A stretch of 64,000 nt of DNA from IMG/VR virus record IMGVR_UViG_3300037313_001148, positions 1 to 64,000 of that record; one strand, given 5' to 3'. This document shows, piece by piece, positions 9,130 through 17,524 of the stretch. The translations under genes and the position numbers were made by a program. The notes beneath the pieces are model-generated. The model made no database searches. It worked only from the letters and a program-made list of their open reading frames with translations, and was not told the DNA's origin. Position 1 is the first letter of the stretch. Every line of letters starts with the position of its first letter. The DNA is from a virus (Duplodnaviria > Caudoviricetes).

Positions 9130-9463
9130 ATCCATTCGGGTCAGGATCAATTCCCAGCCCTTCACAATGAGGACATAGACACTTGATCTCGGTTTCCCCG
9201 ATTCCGACCAGGGTATCCGGAGCCTTCACTTCAACAAATCTATATCCTTCTTCGCAAAAGTGTTCCATCGCCCGATCTCGAAATCCGATCGGATCCCGTT
9301 TTTCGTCCCACTCCCACGACTCAAACTCCTCTGTGTGAACTTCGCTGCTCGAGCAGTCACAGCGCTTTCGAGATCCATCGTTATATGTTCTCATCCATGA
9401 ATTGTCACACGACGCCACTGCTTGCAGTCGGATCCGGATTCCCATTTGCGTTCTCTCAATCAA
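9128..9463 (-). CDS. hypothetical Cys-containing protein
   Basis: 111 aa, CxC and CLCPHC motifs; coupled to the upstream gene. Confidence 0.6.
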   Translation of the reverse strand: MIERTQMGIRIRLQAVASCDNSWMRTYNDGSRKRCDCSSSEVHTEEFESWEWDEKRDPIGFRDRAMEHFCEEGYRFVEVKAPDTLVGIGETEIKCLCPHCEGLGIDPDPNG

Positions 9464-9810
9464 GGGTCGATCAGTCGCTTCAATTCAGCGATACGCTTCC
9501 CGCAAGCGCGAAGTTTCCGGCCGTCGTGAGTCTTCGACGGGTTATCTTCGTTCAGCAGTTCGCCGAACTCTTCCATGATTGTATCAGCAATCTTCTTAGC
9601 GTGAGTCACTTTTTTCAGAAACGAGCAACAGCCAAGCCCAGTCTTTATATGAGTGATATTAAATCTTTCGGTGTTGGGTTCCCCGTGGAGACGTGGATGA
9701 GTGATCGCAAGCGGTCCTTTGATCCAGGCTTCCGCTTCGACCCATTCGACTTGTCTTTTCGAGGGTCCGCATGCAATCCAGATCGTGCCCTTCTTCCATC
9801 CTTTGCTCAT
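9460..9810 (-). CDS. hypothetical protein
   Basis: 116 aa, ggag RBS. Confidence 0.65.
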   Translation of the reverse strand: MSKGWKKGTIWIACGPSKRQVEWVEAEAWIKGPLAITHPRLHGEPNTERFNITHIKTGLGCCSFLKKVTHAKKIADTIMEEFGELLNEDNPSKTHDGRKLRACGKRIAELKRLIDP

Positions 9811-9811
9811 A

Positions 9812-10222
9812 TCAATCTCCGTTGAAGATTTTCAATCCGATCGCATTGAGCCGGGTCGGTTTCTCGGTCAATTGATCCGCGTACCATTGTTGCCAGAGAT
9901 GCCATGCGATCCCGTCGCCGTCCGCAATTGCTTCCCGAACGTACTTCACACCATCGGCCGTCAGGGGGTTTTCGAGCCAAGCTCCGATTCGGCAACCGCC
10001 AAGTCCGTCAATCGCGTTCACACATTCGGATCCGCATCCGCAATGATCGGGAGAGTCCGCTTCCCCGGCATCTGGATACCATCCATTTTCGATGATATCT
10101 TTATACTCCTCCTTTTGTTCGGGGGACATCATTTTGGGGAACGTGTCGCGGATCGAAGGGATGATCTTCTCGCGAGCACAGTCTTCACAGTAGAGCGAAC
10201 AATCATAAACGAAGATTCTCAT
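9812..10222 (-). CDS. hypothetical protein
   Basis: 136 aa, LYCEDC and HCGCGSEC motifs. Confidence 0.65.
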   Translation of the reverse strand: MRIFVYDCSLYCEDCAREKIIPSIRDTFPKMMSPEQKEEYKDIIENGWYPDAGEADSPDHCGCGSECVNAIDGLGGCRIGAWLENPLTADGVKYVREAIADGDGIAWHLWQQWYADQLTEKPTRLNAIGLKIFNGD

Positions 10223-10225
10223 GTG

Positions 10226-10495
10226 TTAGTCTTTTGGTTCGATTTTGTGGATGTAGAAACGGAATTTGGGTTCCAATTCCGGAACGTCACAGTAAGACCA
10301 TTTCATGTATCCCAGGGCGTCCGCGTAATCGGTCCAGAATTGGACTTGGAAGTCCTTTCCTGTGCAATTCAAGCCCTCAAGTTTGAGTCCGCAGTCTCGG
10401 GCCGCTCGTTCTGCGTTGCCGAGGGAATTAAAAAGTCCGATTGGTTTGATAGAAAAATCGCCGCACCCGATCGGCCGATAATAGACAGCGAACAT
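10226..10495 (-). CDS. hypothetical protein
   Basis: ATG 10495 after aaggag; the longer TTG start runs through repeat copy 2. Confidence 0.6.
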   Translation of the reverse strand: MFAVYYRPIGCGDFSIKPIGLFNSLGNAERAARDCGLKLEGLNCTGKDFQVQFWTDYADALGYMKWSYCDVPELEPKFRFYIHKIEPKD

Positions 10496-10546
10496 ATGAA
10501 AATTCTCCTTCGTCAAACGGTAGTCGGATATGACGCAGAGACCAGC

Positions 10547-10597
10547 CGACACTCCCCTTTCTCCGTCGTCCCGTTTGACCGGGCGAAGCCCGGTCAA
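10547..10597 (+). repeat. dispersed motif+GNA hairpin element, copy 2 (intergenic)
   Basis: cgacactcccctttctccgtcgtcc + ttgaccgggc-GAA-gcccggtcaa. Confidence 0.9.
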
Positions 10598-10599
10598 CG

Positions 10600-10797
10600 T
10601 CAAATCTTACGCGCGGAACGTTCTTGAATGATCTGACGAAGTGTCATCGTCAGATGGGGAAAAATCGCGTACAACGTTGGCCAGTCAAAACCGTAAGGCT
10701 GATACCCCATGCCGTTAGTAATACGACGCCAGACCTGAAAGTGAAACCGGATCAATTGGTCATCAGAAAGAGACCTGATGTATTCATGGACTTTCAT
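10600..10797 (-). CDS. hypothetical protein
   Basis: 65 aa, aaggaa RBS. Confidence 0.6.
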   Translation of the reverse strand: MKVHEYIRSLSDDQLIRFHFQVWRRITNGMGYQPYGFDWPTLYAIFPHLTMTLRQIIQERSARKI

Positions 10798-10985
10798 GCC
10801 GATTTCCTTTCGTATCGAACATTGACGGTCCCGACCGTATACCCCTTGACTCTGGACTCCCGCGCGAATCGTTCGACGATCGCTCGCGATTCAGACCCGA
10901 AGACTTCCAATACCTCCGGGTCTTCCGGTCGGCGGTAGCCGACCCAATAGAACTCGGTTGCTTGAATGAGAAAAACAGCATCCAT
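10794..10985 (-). CDS. hypothetical protein
   Basis: ATG 10985 after aaaggag. Confidence 0.6.
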   Translation of the reverse strand: MDAVFLIQATEFYWVGYRRPEDPEVLEVFGSESRAIVERFARESRVKGYTVGTVNVRYERKSA

Positions 10986-11019
10986 GTTTGTTTCTCCTTT
11001 GGTTTGCCCAGCACTTCGA

Positions 11020-11529
11020 CTAGAGCGAAGGATCGGTAACAGTGTGTTCACGCAGACGCAGAAACCGCGCGGCATCTGACGTTCTCAGGAGACTCTGGCC
11101 ATGAATGCCAAACCCTTCGACGTGTGCCCGGTAAATCAGTTCGACCCAGGAAATCAGCTTTCCGTCAAGATTGTATTTCTTGATGGTTCCATTCGGGTTT
11201 GTGGGCGTTGCGACACTCGGCGCCGTTTGGGTCTTTTGCTCCGAGGTTATCGTTGGCTCTGTTGTGAGTGGCGCGGGTTCCGTCGCGGTCGGTTTCACTC
11301 CGGGGGGACGACCGCGTTTGCCGGGGACCGTCTTTGATGTCAAGCTGAATTCCTTGTATCGCAACGCGATCACGGCAGCAGTGATGCCATTAGACTTCGC
11401 CCACTTATTCGAGGCGACGGCATCAAAAAGTTTCGACAGATTCTTGTATGCTCCTTTGTTTTTCTTTTCGGCCAAGTCAATCTCGGCTTGGAGTTCCGTA
11501 GCGGACACTTGGACTTTCGCTCTTGCCAT
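11020..11529 (-). CDS. hypothetical protein with an AT-hook-like PGKRGRPP motif, paralog of 504..1019
   Basis: 169 aa, ggag RBS. Confidence 0.65.
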   Translation of the reverse strand: MARAKVQVSATELQAEIDLAEKKNKGAYKNLSKLFDAVASNKWAKSNGITAAVIALRYKEFSLTSKTVPGKRGRPPGVKPTATEPAPLTTEPTITSEQKTQTAPSVATPTNPNGTIKKYNLDGKLISWVELIYRAHVEGFGIHGQSLLRTSDAARFLRLREHTVTDPSL

Positions 11530-11559
11530 GACCGGATTCTCCGTTGGATGTAAATGTGT

Positions 11560-12210
11560 TTATTTCTTGACTCTGCTTCTCAGGAAACCGGGAGCTTCGT
11601 CGCCATCCTTGACCCATTTCGCCAGAGAATCAAGCGCCCAATCTTTGAGGTTGCTGTCAATCTCGAGGAAATCTTCCCAGCAAAAATCACGTTTGAAGAG
11701 AATCAGTCCTGCAATCATAAGTTTTTCGATCTCATCTCCTGATTCTCTTACAAGAATTTCACTGATAAGATCATGAGATTGCCAATTCACAACGATATTT
11801 TTCAGGTTGGCGGAACGAAGGTCAGTGAAACTCAGGTCAGTGGAACCCAAGTTAGTGAAACTCAGATCAGCGGAGCGAAGGTCAGCGTAACGAAGGCTAG
11901 CATAGCGCAGGTCAGCGTAACGCAGACTAGCGTAGTACAGGTCAGCGTGGCGAAGGTTAGCGCGGCGCAAACTAGCATAGCACAGATCAGCGGAGCGCAG
12001 ACTAGCGTGGTACAGGTCAGCGTGGCGAAGGTTAGCGCGGCGCAAAATAGCATAACGCAGGTCAACATAGCACAGACTAGCGTAGTACAAATCAGCGTAG
12101 TGAAGGTTAGCGGAGTGCAGGTCAGCGTAACGAAGGTCAGCGTGTTGAAGGTCATCGGAATCAACAATTTTGATTACTGTTCCATCGAAACGTTTTTTGA
12201 TTTCAATCAT
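11560..12210 (-). CDS. pentapeptide repeat protein
   Basis: about 20 A[D/N/S]Lxx repeats; start MIEIKK at 12210. Confidence 0.92.
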   Translation of the reverse strand: MIEIKKRFDGTVIKIVDSDDLQHADLRYADLHSANLHYADLYYASLCYVDLRYAILRRANLRHADLYHASLRSADLCYASLRRANLRHADLYYASLRYADLRYASLRYADLRSADLSFTNLGSTDLSFTDLRSANLKNIVVNWQSHDLISEILVRESGDEIEKLMIAGLILFKRDFCWEDFLEIDSNLKDWALDSLAKWVKDGDEAPGFLRSRVKK

Positions 12211-12253
12211 GGAAATTCTCCTATAAGTAAACCAGAAACGCATCATCGAGAAA

Positions 12254-12296
12254 GTCCCGTCCGGGGAATCGAACCCCAGTAACACCAGTACGGGAC
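12254..12296 (-). repeat. tRNA-like T-loop minihelix element 3
   Basis: 48 bp (12250-12297) identical to 13441-13488. Confidence 0.9.
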
Positions 12297-12307
12297 ATAT
12301 TTTCTTA

Positions 12308-12520
12308 TTACGATTTGGCGATATAAATCATCCCATTCGCACGCGCGGCCTTACGGATCTTGCGGCGGTCGGACTTCGGCAGCACGGCGAACAACTCGGC
12401 GGGGGGAGTGACACGGCCCGAAGATCCCAGCTTCAAGCCCGTGGGCGTGGCCAGGATGTTCTTGCCGTTGATCGACACGTTGAGATTGACGGATCGGACG
12501 CGGCGGGCAGAAGCAATCAT
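12308..12520 (-). CDS. small basic hypothetical protein
   Basis: ATG 12520 after ggag. Confidence 0.55.
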   Translation of the reverse strand: MIASARRVRSVNLNVSINGKNILATPTGLKLGSSGRVTPPAELFAVLPKSDRRKIRKAARANGMIYIAKS

Positions 12521-12572
12521 GGGGTGCTCCGTGGACAGGACAAAAAGGTTGGCCAGGAAACACGAACGGCAG

Positions 12573-12848
12573 TCAGGCAATTCGCTCGATACGTTCCTCT
12601 GGTGGTGGCAGGGGTGGATATCCGAGGGATGCGATTGCTTCAGTAGCACCCGGATCCGTATCGTCGATCCGATAGTACCAAGGGCTATTAGTCGGCGGGA
12701 TCGAAAAGATCTCTCCCGCGCCGTAGCGTGCTTCACTGTCAACTGTGTACGTACCTGTCGGTGTCCCAAGGCACAATTCCACAATCACGCTATCCAAAAC
12801 TCGATAGCGGCCCGGTTTCAAAACCATGACGATTTTCTCCCAATTCAA
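12573..12848 (-). CDS. hypothetical protein
   Basis: 91 aa, coupled to the upstream gene. Confidence 0.55.
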   Translation of the reverse strand: MNWEKIVMVLKPGRYRVLDSVIVELCLGTPTGTYTVDSEARYGAGEIFSIPPTNSPWYYRIDDTDPGATEAIASLGYPPLPPPEERIERIA

Positions 12849-13393
12849 GCAATCGGATCAATCTTATATGTGCATCCCTTACCGATGAACAGCGATGGCT
12901 GTTCAAGCATGCCGCAATACTTTTCCCATTGACTCGGTTCATCGCTCGAGGACTTCAGACGCCCCCAGCAATGCACGCCGAATTCATCAACGAATGCGAA
13001 TCCGTACCATCCTCCGGAAGTTGCAACTTCGGTCCCAGTAGCGTTTACTGCTGTTCGCCAAAGATAGGCGATCCGCCGGCCAGGACAGAAAGCGGCGTCA
13101 ACAGGTTGCGTTTCCACCCGGAAATAACGGGTTTTCCGGCCGGTGTTCGGACTTGTAATCGCAATCAGGGCATCGTGTCGAGTCACGTCGTAGGTGAGCG
13201 GTGAAATCACTGGTGCGGCCGACTTGGTTCGGCGCCGAACAGGACGAAGATCGGCGCCCTTGACGGCACCAGTCTTGCGAGTCGGCCGGCGGATCGGTTC
13301 GGCCGACGCGGCGGTCGGCGGTGGCGTTGGATCCACCGTCTTGCGGGCACGGGTTGGCTTGGCGGGAGATTCCGCCGTCTTCTTTCGGGCCAT
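12845..13393 (-). CDS. hypothetical protein with a basic Pro/Ala N-terminus
   Basis: start MARKKT after ctggagtg. Confidence 0.6.
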   Translation of the reverse strand: MARKKTAESPAKPTRARKTVDPTPPPTAASAEPIRRPTRKTGAVKGADLRPVRRRTKSAAPVISPLTYDVTRHDALIAITSPNTGRKTRYFRVETQPVDAAFCPGRRIAYLWRTAVNATGTEVATSGGWYGFAFVDEFGVHCWGRLKSSSDEPSQWEKYCGMLEQPSLFIGKGCTYKIDPIA

Positions 13394-13444
13394 GCGAGGG
13401 CACTCCAGGGGGCCGTGAAAGGCAAAGATCGGCACCAGCCGAAA

Positions 13445-13487
13445 GTCCCGTCCGGGGAATCGAACCCCAGTAACACCAGTACGGGAC
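13445..13487 (-). repeat. tRNA-like T-loop minihelix element 4
   Basis: identical to element 3. Confidence 0.9.
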
Positions 13488-13504
13488 AGGTTGTTTCACG
13501 AAGC

Positions 13505-13732
13505 TTACCAGCGTGCCCATGATGGAAGTTGATTGTAAATTCTCTCCATTTCTTTCTCACACAAAACGGCATGGCCCATGTCGCCAGTCAGACGGCTTCG
13601 CATCGACCGTTTCTTGAACTGAGCATATCTCGACAATGACAGAAAAACAACTTCTAAGGCCGCGTAATCCGTGGGATCGTTAGAGAAATCGTCCAGGTTC
13701 GGCACGTCAAAGTATTCAGTCTTGCTTGCCAT
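13505..13732 (-). CDS. hypothetical protein, first gene of the leftward arm
   Basis: ATG 13732 after gggag. Confidence 0.6.
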   Translation of the reverse strand: MASKTEYFDVPNLDDFSNDPTDYAALEVVFLSLSRYAQFKKRSMRSRLTGDMGHAVLCEKEMERIYNQLPSWARW

Positions 13733-13776
13733 CGTCGTTCGCTCCCAAGGTTCCGTGTGTCGGTCATTCACCCACC

Positions 13777-13805
13777 ATAATACCGGACACTGTAAGGTAG
13801 ATCAA
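13777..13805 (-). promoter_or_regulatory. sigma70-type promoter of the leftward arm
   Basis: TTGATC-17 nt-TATTAT with TCCGG before the -10 box; ATCCTGAAAA upstream. Confidence 0.7.
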
Positions 13806-13947
13806 CCGCGGATTTTCAGGATTACCCGGTTTTCTCAATGCATGCATGCACTCGGCTGGTTATACTGGCCATTAGTATACTATGCTGGCAGGTTTTCGGG
13901 CCGCATAGTAGGATAGAGCTTTCAACCCCATTTCAGGAGTTTTCGGC

Positions 13948-15315
13948 ATGGCCATTCTTCGTGCTCTGAACGAATTCACAAAAGAGTCAGTTGTACTTGC
14001 TCTTGAACCTTCACGTCAATGTATCTGCAACTGTACATATTGCTTTGCCTCACTTAATAGCAAATCTCAATACGAGAATAAGAAAAAGGACTTCCGCGAT
14101 CCATCTACATTTGAATTTACTCTAGAGAAAGCATATAGCCACAATTACAATCCCGAAGACTTCCTTCAGTGGGCTGTCCGAAGCCGCCTCGTCCTCGGAT
14201 ACGCCAACACGGTCGAGCCGTTCCAGGATATCGAGCAATCCAAATCTATCCTCAAGGCTTGCGATCATCACTCTATCCCTCTATTCATTCAAACTAAAGG
14301 AATTAACTTCTTTGATGTGTGGTCGCACCTGAAACCGTTCCACGACAATGCGGCCCTGTTCGTCTCGTTTCCGACGATGGACGATCGCGTTCTCCGTCGT
14401 TTCGAGATTGGTACGCCCCTCTCGCTTGACCGGCTTCGCGTGATCGAAACGGCTGCTAATGCCGGATTTCATGTTATTCTTGCACTCTCGCCTTATCATG
14501 AAAAATGGTGTTCAGATCCAGAACAATTTATTCGTATCGCCAAAGATGCTGGTGTTGGCTCCGTGTTCTTCGATCGGCTTCACCTGAATATCAGGCAGCG
14601 CAAGGCAGCCGGCGATAAGGTCATGGTAGACCTGGCTCACAAGACGGAGCATCCCAACTGGCCACCCCTGGCCCTCGAGCATTACGAGCACATCTATTTT
14701 CTGTGCGAAGAACTCGGCCTACCGATCTTCGCTAATGGATCCATCCCGATCCATTTCGGCTGGCCGAACACCCTGGCTACAATCTCTCCAGCCGGCATCT
14801 ATACACGGGGACTGCAATGGACCTATCACGACGGCGACCTGTTCCATAACCTCGATTTCAGTTTCTACGATGATGAATTTGGAGATAAGTTTGATTCACT
14901 GGACGATCCGGCCGACTATGACGGGTCCGATTCGGTTCTGGTTCGCTGGCCTGATGTCATTTCGATCATGGAATCACCAACGCCAATCAATCAGGAGTTC
15001 TCATATTCATCACTGTCTGACTTGATCTCTGTCAAGACCCTGCCGAAGATCTGGATTGATATGCTCAAGCCTCGCGCCCGCCTCTCGGAATACTATCGCG
15101 CGATTTGGAATAATCGATCTCATTCATTTGTATGGCATCATCCATTCATTAAAGTTGCCCTGAAACCTGACGGTACTCCGTGGACTGACGAAGAAGGAAA
15201 TATCATGTCTTTATACGATCCTTGGTTCCAGGTGGACGGCCCTAAAGAGCGTGTCGTGGAAACGGTTGAAGATTTTCGTGTTCTTGAGCCTGAACACGAC
15301 ACCGCTTCGCCTTAA
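13948..15315 (+). CDS. radical SAM protein (spore photoproduct lyase-like)
   Basis: CICNCTYC (CxxxCxxC), EPFQ, IQTKG, FEIGTP..RL motifs; caggag RBS. Confidence 0.8.
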   Translation: MAILRALNEFTKESVVLALEPSRQCICNCTYCFASLNSKSQYENKKKDFRDPSTFEFTLEKAYSHNYNPEDFLQWAVRSRLVLGYANTVEPFQDIEQSKSILKACDHHSIPLFIQTKGINFFDVWSHLKPFHDNAALFVSFPTMDDRVLRRFEIGTPLSLDRLRVIETAANAGFHVILALSPYHEKWCSDPEQFIRIAKDAGVGSVFFDRLHLNIRQRKAAGDKVMVDLAHKTEHPNWPPLALEHYEHIYFLCEELGLPIFANGSIPIHFGWPNTLATISPAGIYTRGLQWTYHDGDLFHNLDFSFYDDEFGDKFDSLDDPADYDGSDSVLVRWPDVISIMESPTPINQEFSYSSLSDLISVKTLPKIWIDMLKPRARLSEYYRAIWNNRSHSFVWHHPFIKVALKPDGTPWTDEEGNIMSLYDPWFQVDGPKERVVETVEDFRVLEPEHDTASP

Positions 15316-15383
15316 CTTGCTCTAGAAATTCTTTGAACAGTCAAGTAGAATCAACCTGTCCCGAGTGGAGTGTAATTACTGAT

Positions 15384-15415
15384 GTCGCCTCCCACGCGGG
15401 GGCGTGGATTGAAAC
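15384..15415 (+). CRISPR. solitary type I-C CRISPR repeat
   Basis: GTCGCCTCCCACGCGGGGGCGTGGATTGAAAC, 32 nt with 7-bp stem and ATTGAAAC end; no second repeat nearby. Confidence 0.88.
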
Positions 15416-15438
15416 AAACAAGAAAGGAGAGACGCCCG

Positions 15439-15798
15439 ATGCCAAACACCACAGGCGGCGCCGCCGTCAGGGAGGCTGTTGGAGCGGGTCTAGCTCACCG
15501 TCTGACCAGTTTCCGCAGCGAACAGGAAGCGCGAGGCTCCAAGCGGCGTGGCAAGCACGGTTACACCGCCGGCGCGACCGAAATCGGTGGCAAGCATATG
15601 ACCGGCCGTCATGAAGCGGCTGCCCGCAAGGCGGTCAAGGGAACGAAGGTTGACAGGCACGGCAATATCAACCTGCGCGGCAAGTCGTCCATGTTCAGCG
15701 AGAAGCTGCATGGCCCGAAGGCTGTCGCCCGAGTTCACAAAAACCGAGTTGCCGCGTCCAGGCGTGTCGCTCGCAAGGGTAAGAAGAAGGCTGGCTAA
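15439..15798 (+). CDS. highly basic 119-aa protein (possible nucleic-acid-binding protein)
   Basis: aagaaaggaga RBS, K/R/H-rich, biased codon use. Confidence 0.75.
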   Translation: MPNTTGGAAVREAVGAGLAHRLTSFRSEQEARGSKRRGKHGYTAGATEIGGKHMTGRHEAAARKAVKGTKVDRHGNINLRGKSSMFSEKLHGPKAVARVHKNRVAASRRVARKGKKKAG

Positions 15799-15895
15799 TA
15801 CGCACAAGCTCACCGGCAGGTGCCGTGCAAATCGGCTAATAACTTACAATTGACCTGTTCGGGACAGGGTTCGGTTACGCCGGGCTTTGCATTCC

Positions 15896-15925
15896 GCCCC
15901 TGGCTTTCCGCCGGGGGCTTTTTTT
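15896..15925 (+). terminator. intrinsic terminator
   Basis: gcccctgg/ccgggggc stem followed by T7. Confidence 0.85.
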
Positions 15926-15941
15926 GTGTCCGGAGCCTCCC

Positions 15942-16973
15942 ATGCCCGCCCAAAGCAAACTCGGCAAAGAAACTTCCCTCCCCATTCACTTGATCGATAA
16001 ATGCGATTTTAATATCAAGATTCCCATACATGGGGTCTACCGGGAAGGCTTGAAAACCTCTCTCGATTACTTCAATGTCCGGGATCGATTGAAGGTATGG
16101 CCGCATCCCAACAAAAAAGGTCGATACATCTACTTGGATGGAAACCAGAGAATTGATCTCATTATCGACCTTCGCGTCCTTGAACAAATCCATGAACATT
16201 TCAATCTAAATCCAGAGCACGAGCATTCCCGTGACCCGGCTGTCCGCAACGAGTACAAAAAGCGGCTACGTTCGATCAAGACTGACCCCGAGAATCAAAA
16301 ACTCCTGGACAGTTTCCGAATCAAAGCTAATCAATCAAATGTAGATGTAGCCATACAGGAAGATCTTGACGAAGACGACGCCCGTCTGTTTGTCGCCACC
16401 TACAACCGCAATCATTCCAAGCCTGACGAAGCCAAGATCGTTTCCCAGGTGGTTGACGTTGTGGCTCAGCACCAAAATAAAAATATGGACATGGTTCGGA
16501 GAATGATTCGCCCCGAGCAAGCCTATATCAATCCACTTCCGCCTCCCGTCAATCCCTTCACGCCTGCTGTTGCCCCCGAAAACCTGACCCCCCTTGTCAC
16601 TGAGACGCCCAAAACTCCCGAACAAATCAAGGAAGAAAAGAACCTTTACGGAGAATGGGGACCGCCGCCGCCCATCGAATCCAGGCCCGATCCTCTACAA
16701 AAAGCTTATATCCCGTTCGGCCCTCTTTCGCTTTCTCGTGAAGGGCACCGAGAAATTTCCGAGCGAATTCTTCGGTGCCAGGCTCGCATCTTCCGTGAAG
16801 AAGTCCTCAAGACGGCCCTCCGGGAGCTTGAGGAATCTCTAGAAGAATCCGGCGATCGAATCGACCCTGACGGCATCGTTTTCGAGATCGCTCTTCGCGC
16901 AATGGGAAAACATATAAAGAAAGAAGAGAAAGAGCAAACGGCACCCCGCCGACGCCGCCGTGAAAATTCTTGA
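15942..16973 (+). CDS. ParB/Srx-like N-terminal domain protein
   Basis: LKVWPHP..YIYLDGNQR..EDDARLFVATYNR. Confidence 0.6.
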   Translation: MPAQSKLGKETSLPIHLIDKCDFNIKIPIHGVYREGLKTSLDYFNVRDRLKVWPHPNKKGRYIYLDGNQRIDLIIDLRVLEQIHEHFNLNPEHEHSRDPAVRNEYKKRLRSIKTDPENQKLLDSFRIKANQSNVDVAIQEDLDEDDARLFVATYNRNHSKPDEAKIVSQVVDVVAQHQNKNMDMVRRMIRPEQAYINPLPPPVNPFTPAVAPENLTPLVTETPKTPEQIKEEKNLYGEWGPPPPIESRPDPLQKAYIPFGPLSLSREGHREISERILRCQARIFREEVLKTALRELEESLEESGDRIDPDGIVFEIALRAMGKHIKKEEKEQTAPRRRRRENS

Positions 16974-17043
16974 AAATTCCCTTGACCTGTCTCCAGATCC
17001 GTGCGAAGATACGTATGGCTCGAGTGAATCCGAGCCTTCCCCT

Positions 17044-17087
17044 GCCAGGGGGAAAGCTGGGGCGAAACAGCTTTCCCCCTGGCTTTT
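17044..17087 (+). terminator. terminator-like hairpin
   Basis: perfect 16-bp stem gccagggggaaagctg/cagctttccccctggc followed by TTTT. Confidence 0.7.
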
Positions 17088-17442
17088 AAATCGTCGCAAG
17101 CAAGCATCGCGGTTTCCCGGCCTTGGTTGGAGAGAACGTTATGCACTCACCGTTGTCAGGGCGTGGCGGCGGGCACGTCCAATCATCGGATGACGCGGCT
17201 GAGTCCCCGCCATACACTCCTTTCCCCCACAGCTTTCACGGACATATGTTCCAAGCTAGCATGTGGCGAGATTACGCGAGGATCTGGGAAGGGAAAAAGT
17301 CGTCACATGCGTCCCCAGTAGATCGGAAGTGGCTGGAGTGGGTGAAATTTCCCAGCCGGAAAGAATGCTTGCGTCGTTCCAGGCTGCACGTCGAGTTGGC
17401 TCGGCAAGCGAACATTTGTTTACGAAATCAGCAAGGAAACTA

Positions 17443-17504
17443 GGGGCGCCCGGTCGTAGCAGGACTCTCGCCCTGACTACGATGGGCCACCGGGCGCCCC
17501 ACCA
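17443..17504 (+). ncRNA. CCA-ending armless tRNA-like hairpin
   Basis: 12-bp stem ggggcgcccggt/accgggcgcccc followed by ACCA; inner hairpin cgtag-cagg/cctg-ctacg. Confidence 0.35.
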
Positions 17505-17524
17505 TCACCCAAGGAAATGTCATC

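Noticed and set aside
9701-10627. 308-aa plus-strand ORF
   Set aside because: Antisense to three RBS-bearing minus-strand genes.
11773-12282. Repetitive ORFs 11773..12282 (+) and 11862..12167 (-)
   Set aside because: Frame shadows of the 15-nt periodic pentapeptide gene.
7843-13572. Shared peptide LGFDSPDGT at the start of several predicted ORFs
   Set aside because: It is the translation of the minihelix repeat; better ATG starts with RBS lie downstream.
15300-15460. CRISPR array or mini-array
   Set aside because: Only one repeat; no second or degenerate repeat at spacer distance on either side, and no cas genes in the window.
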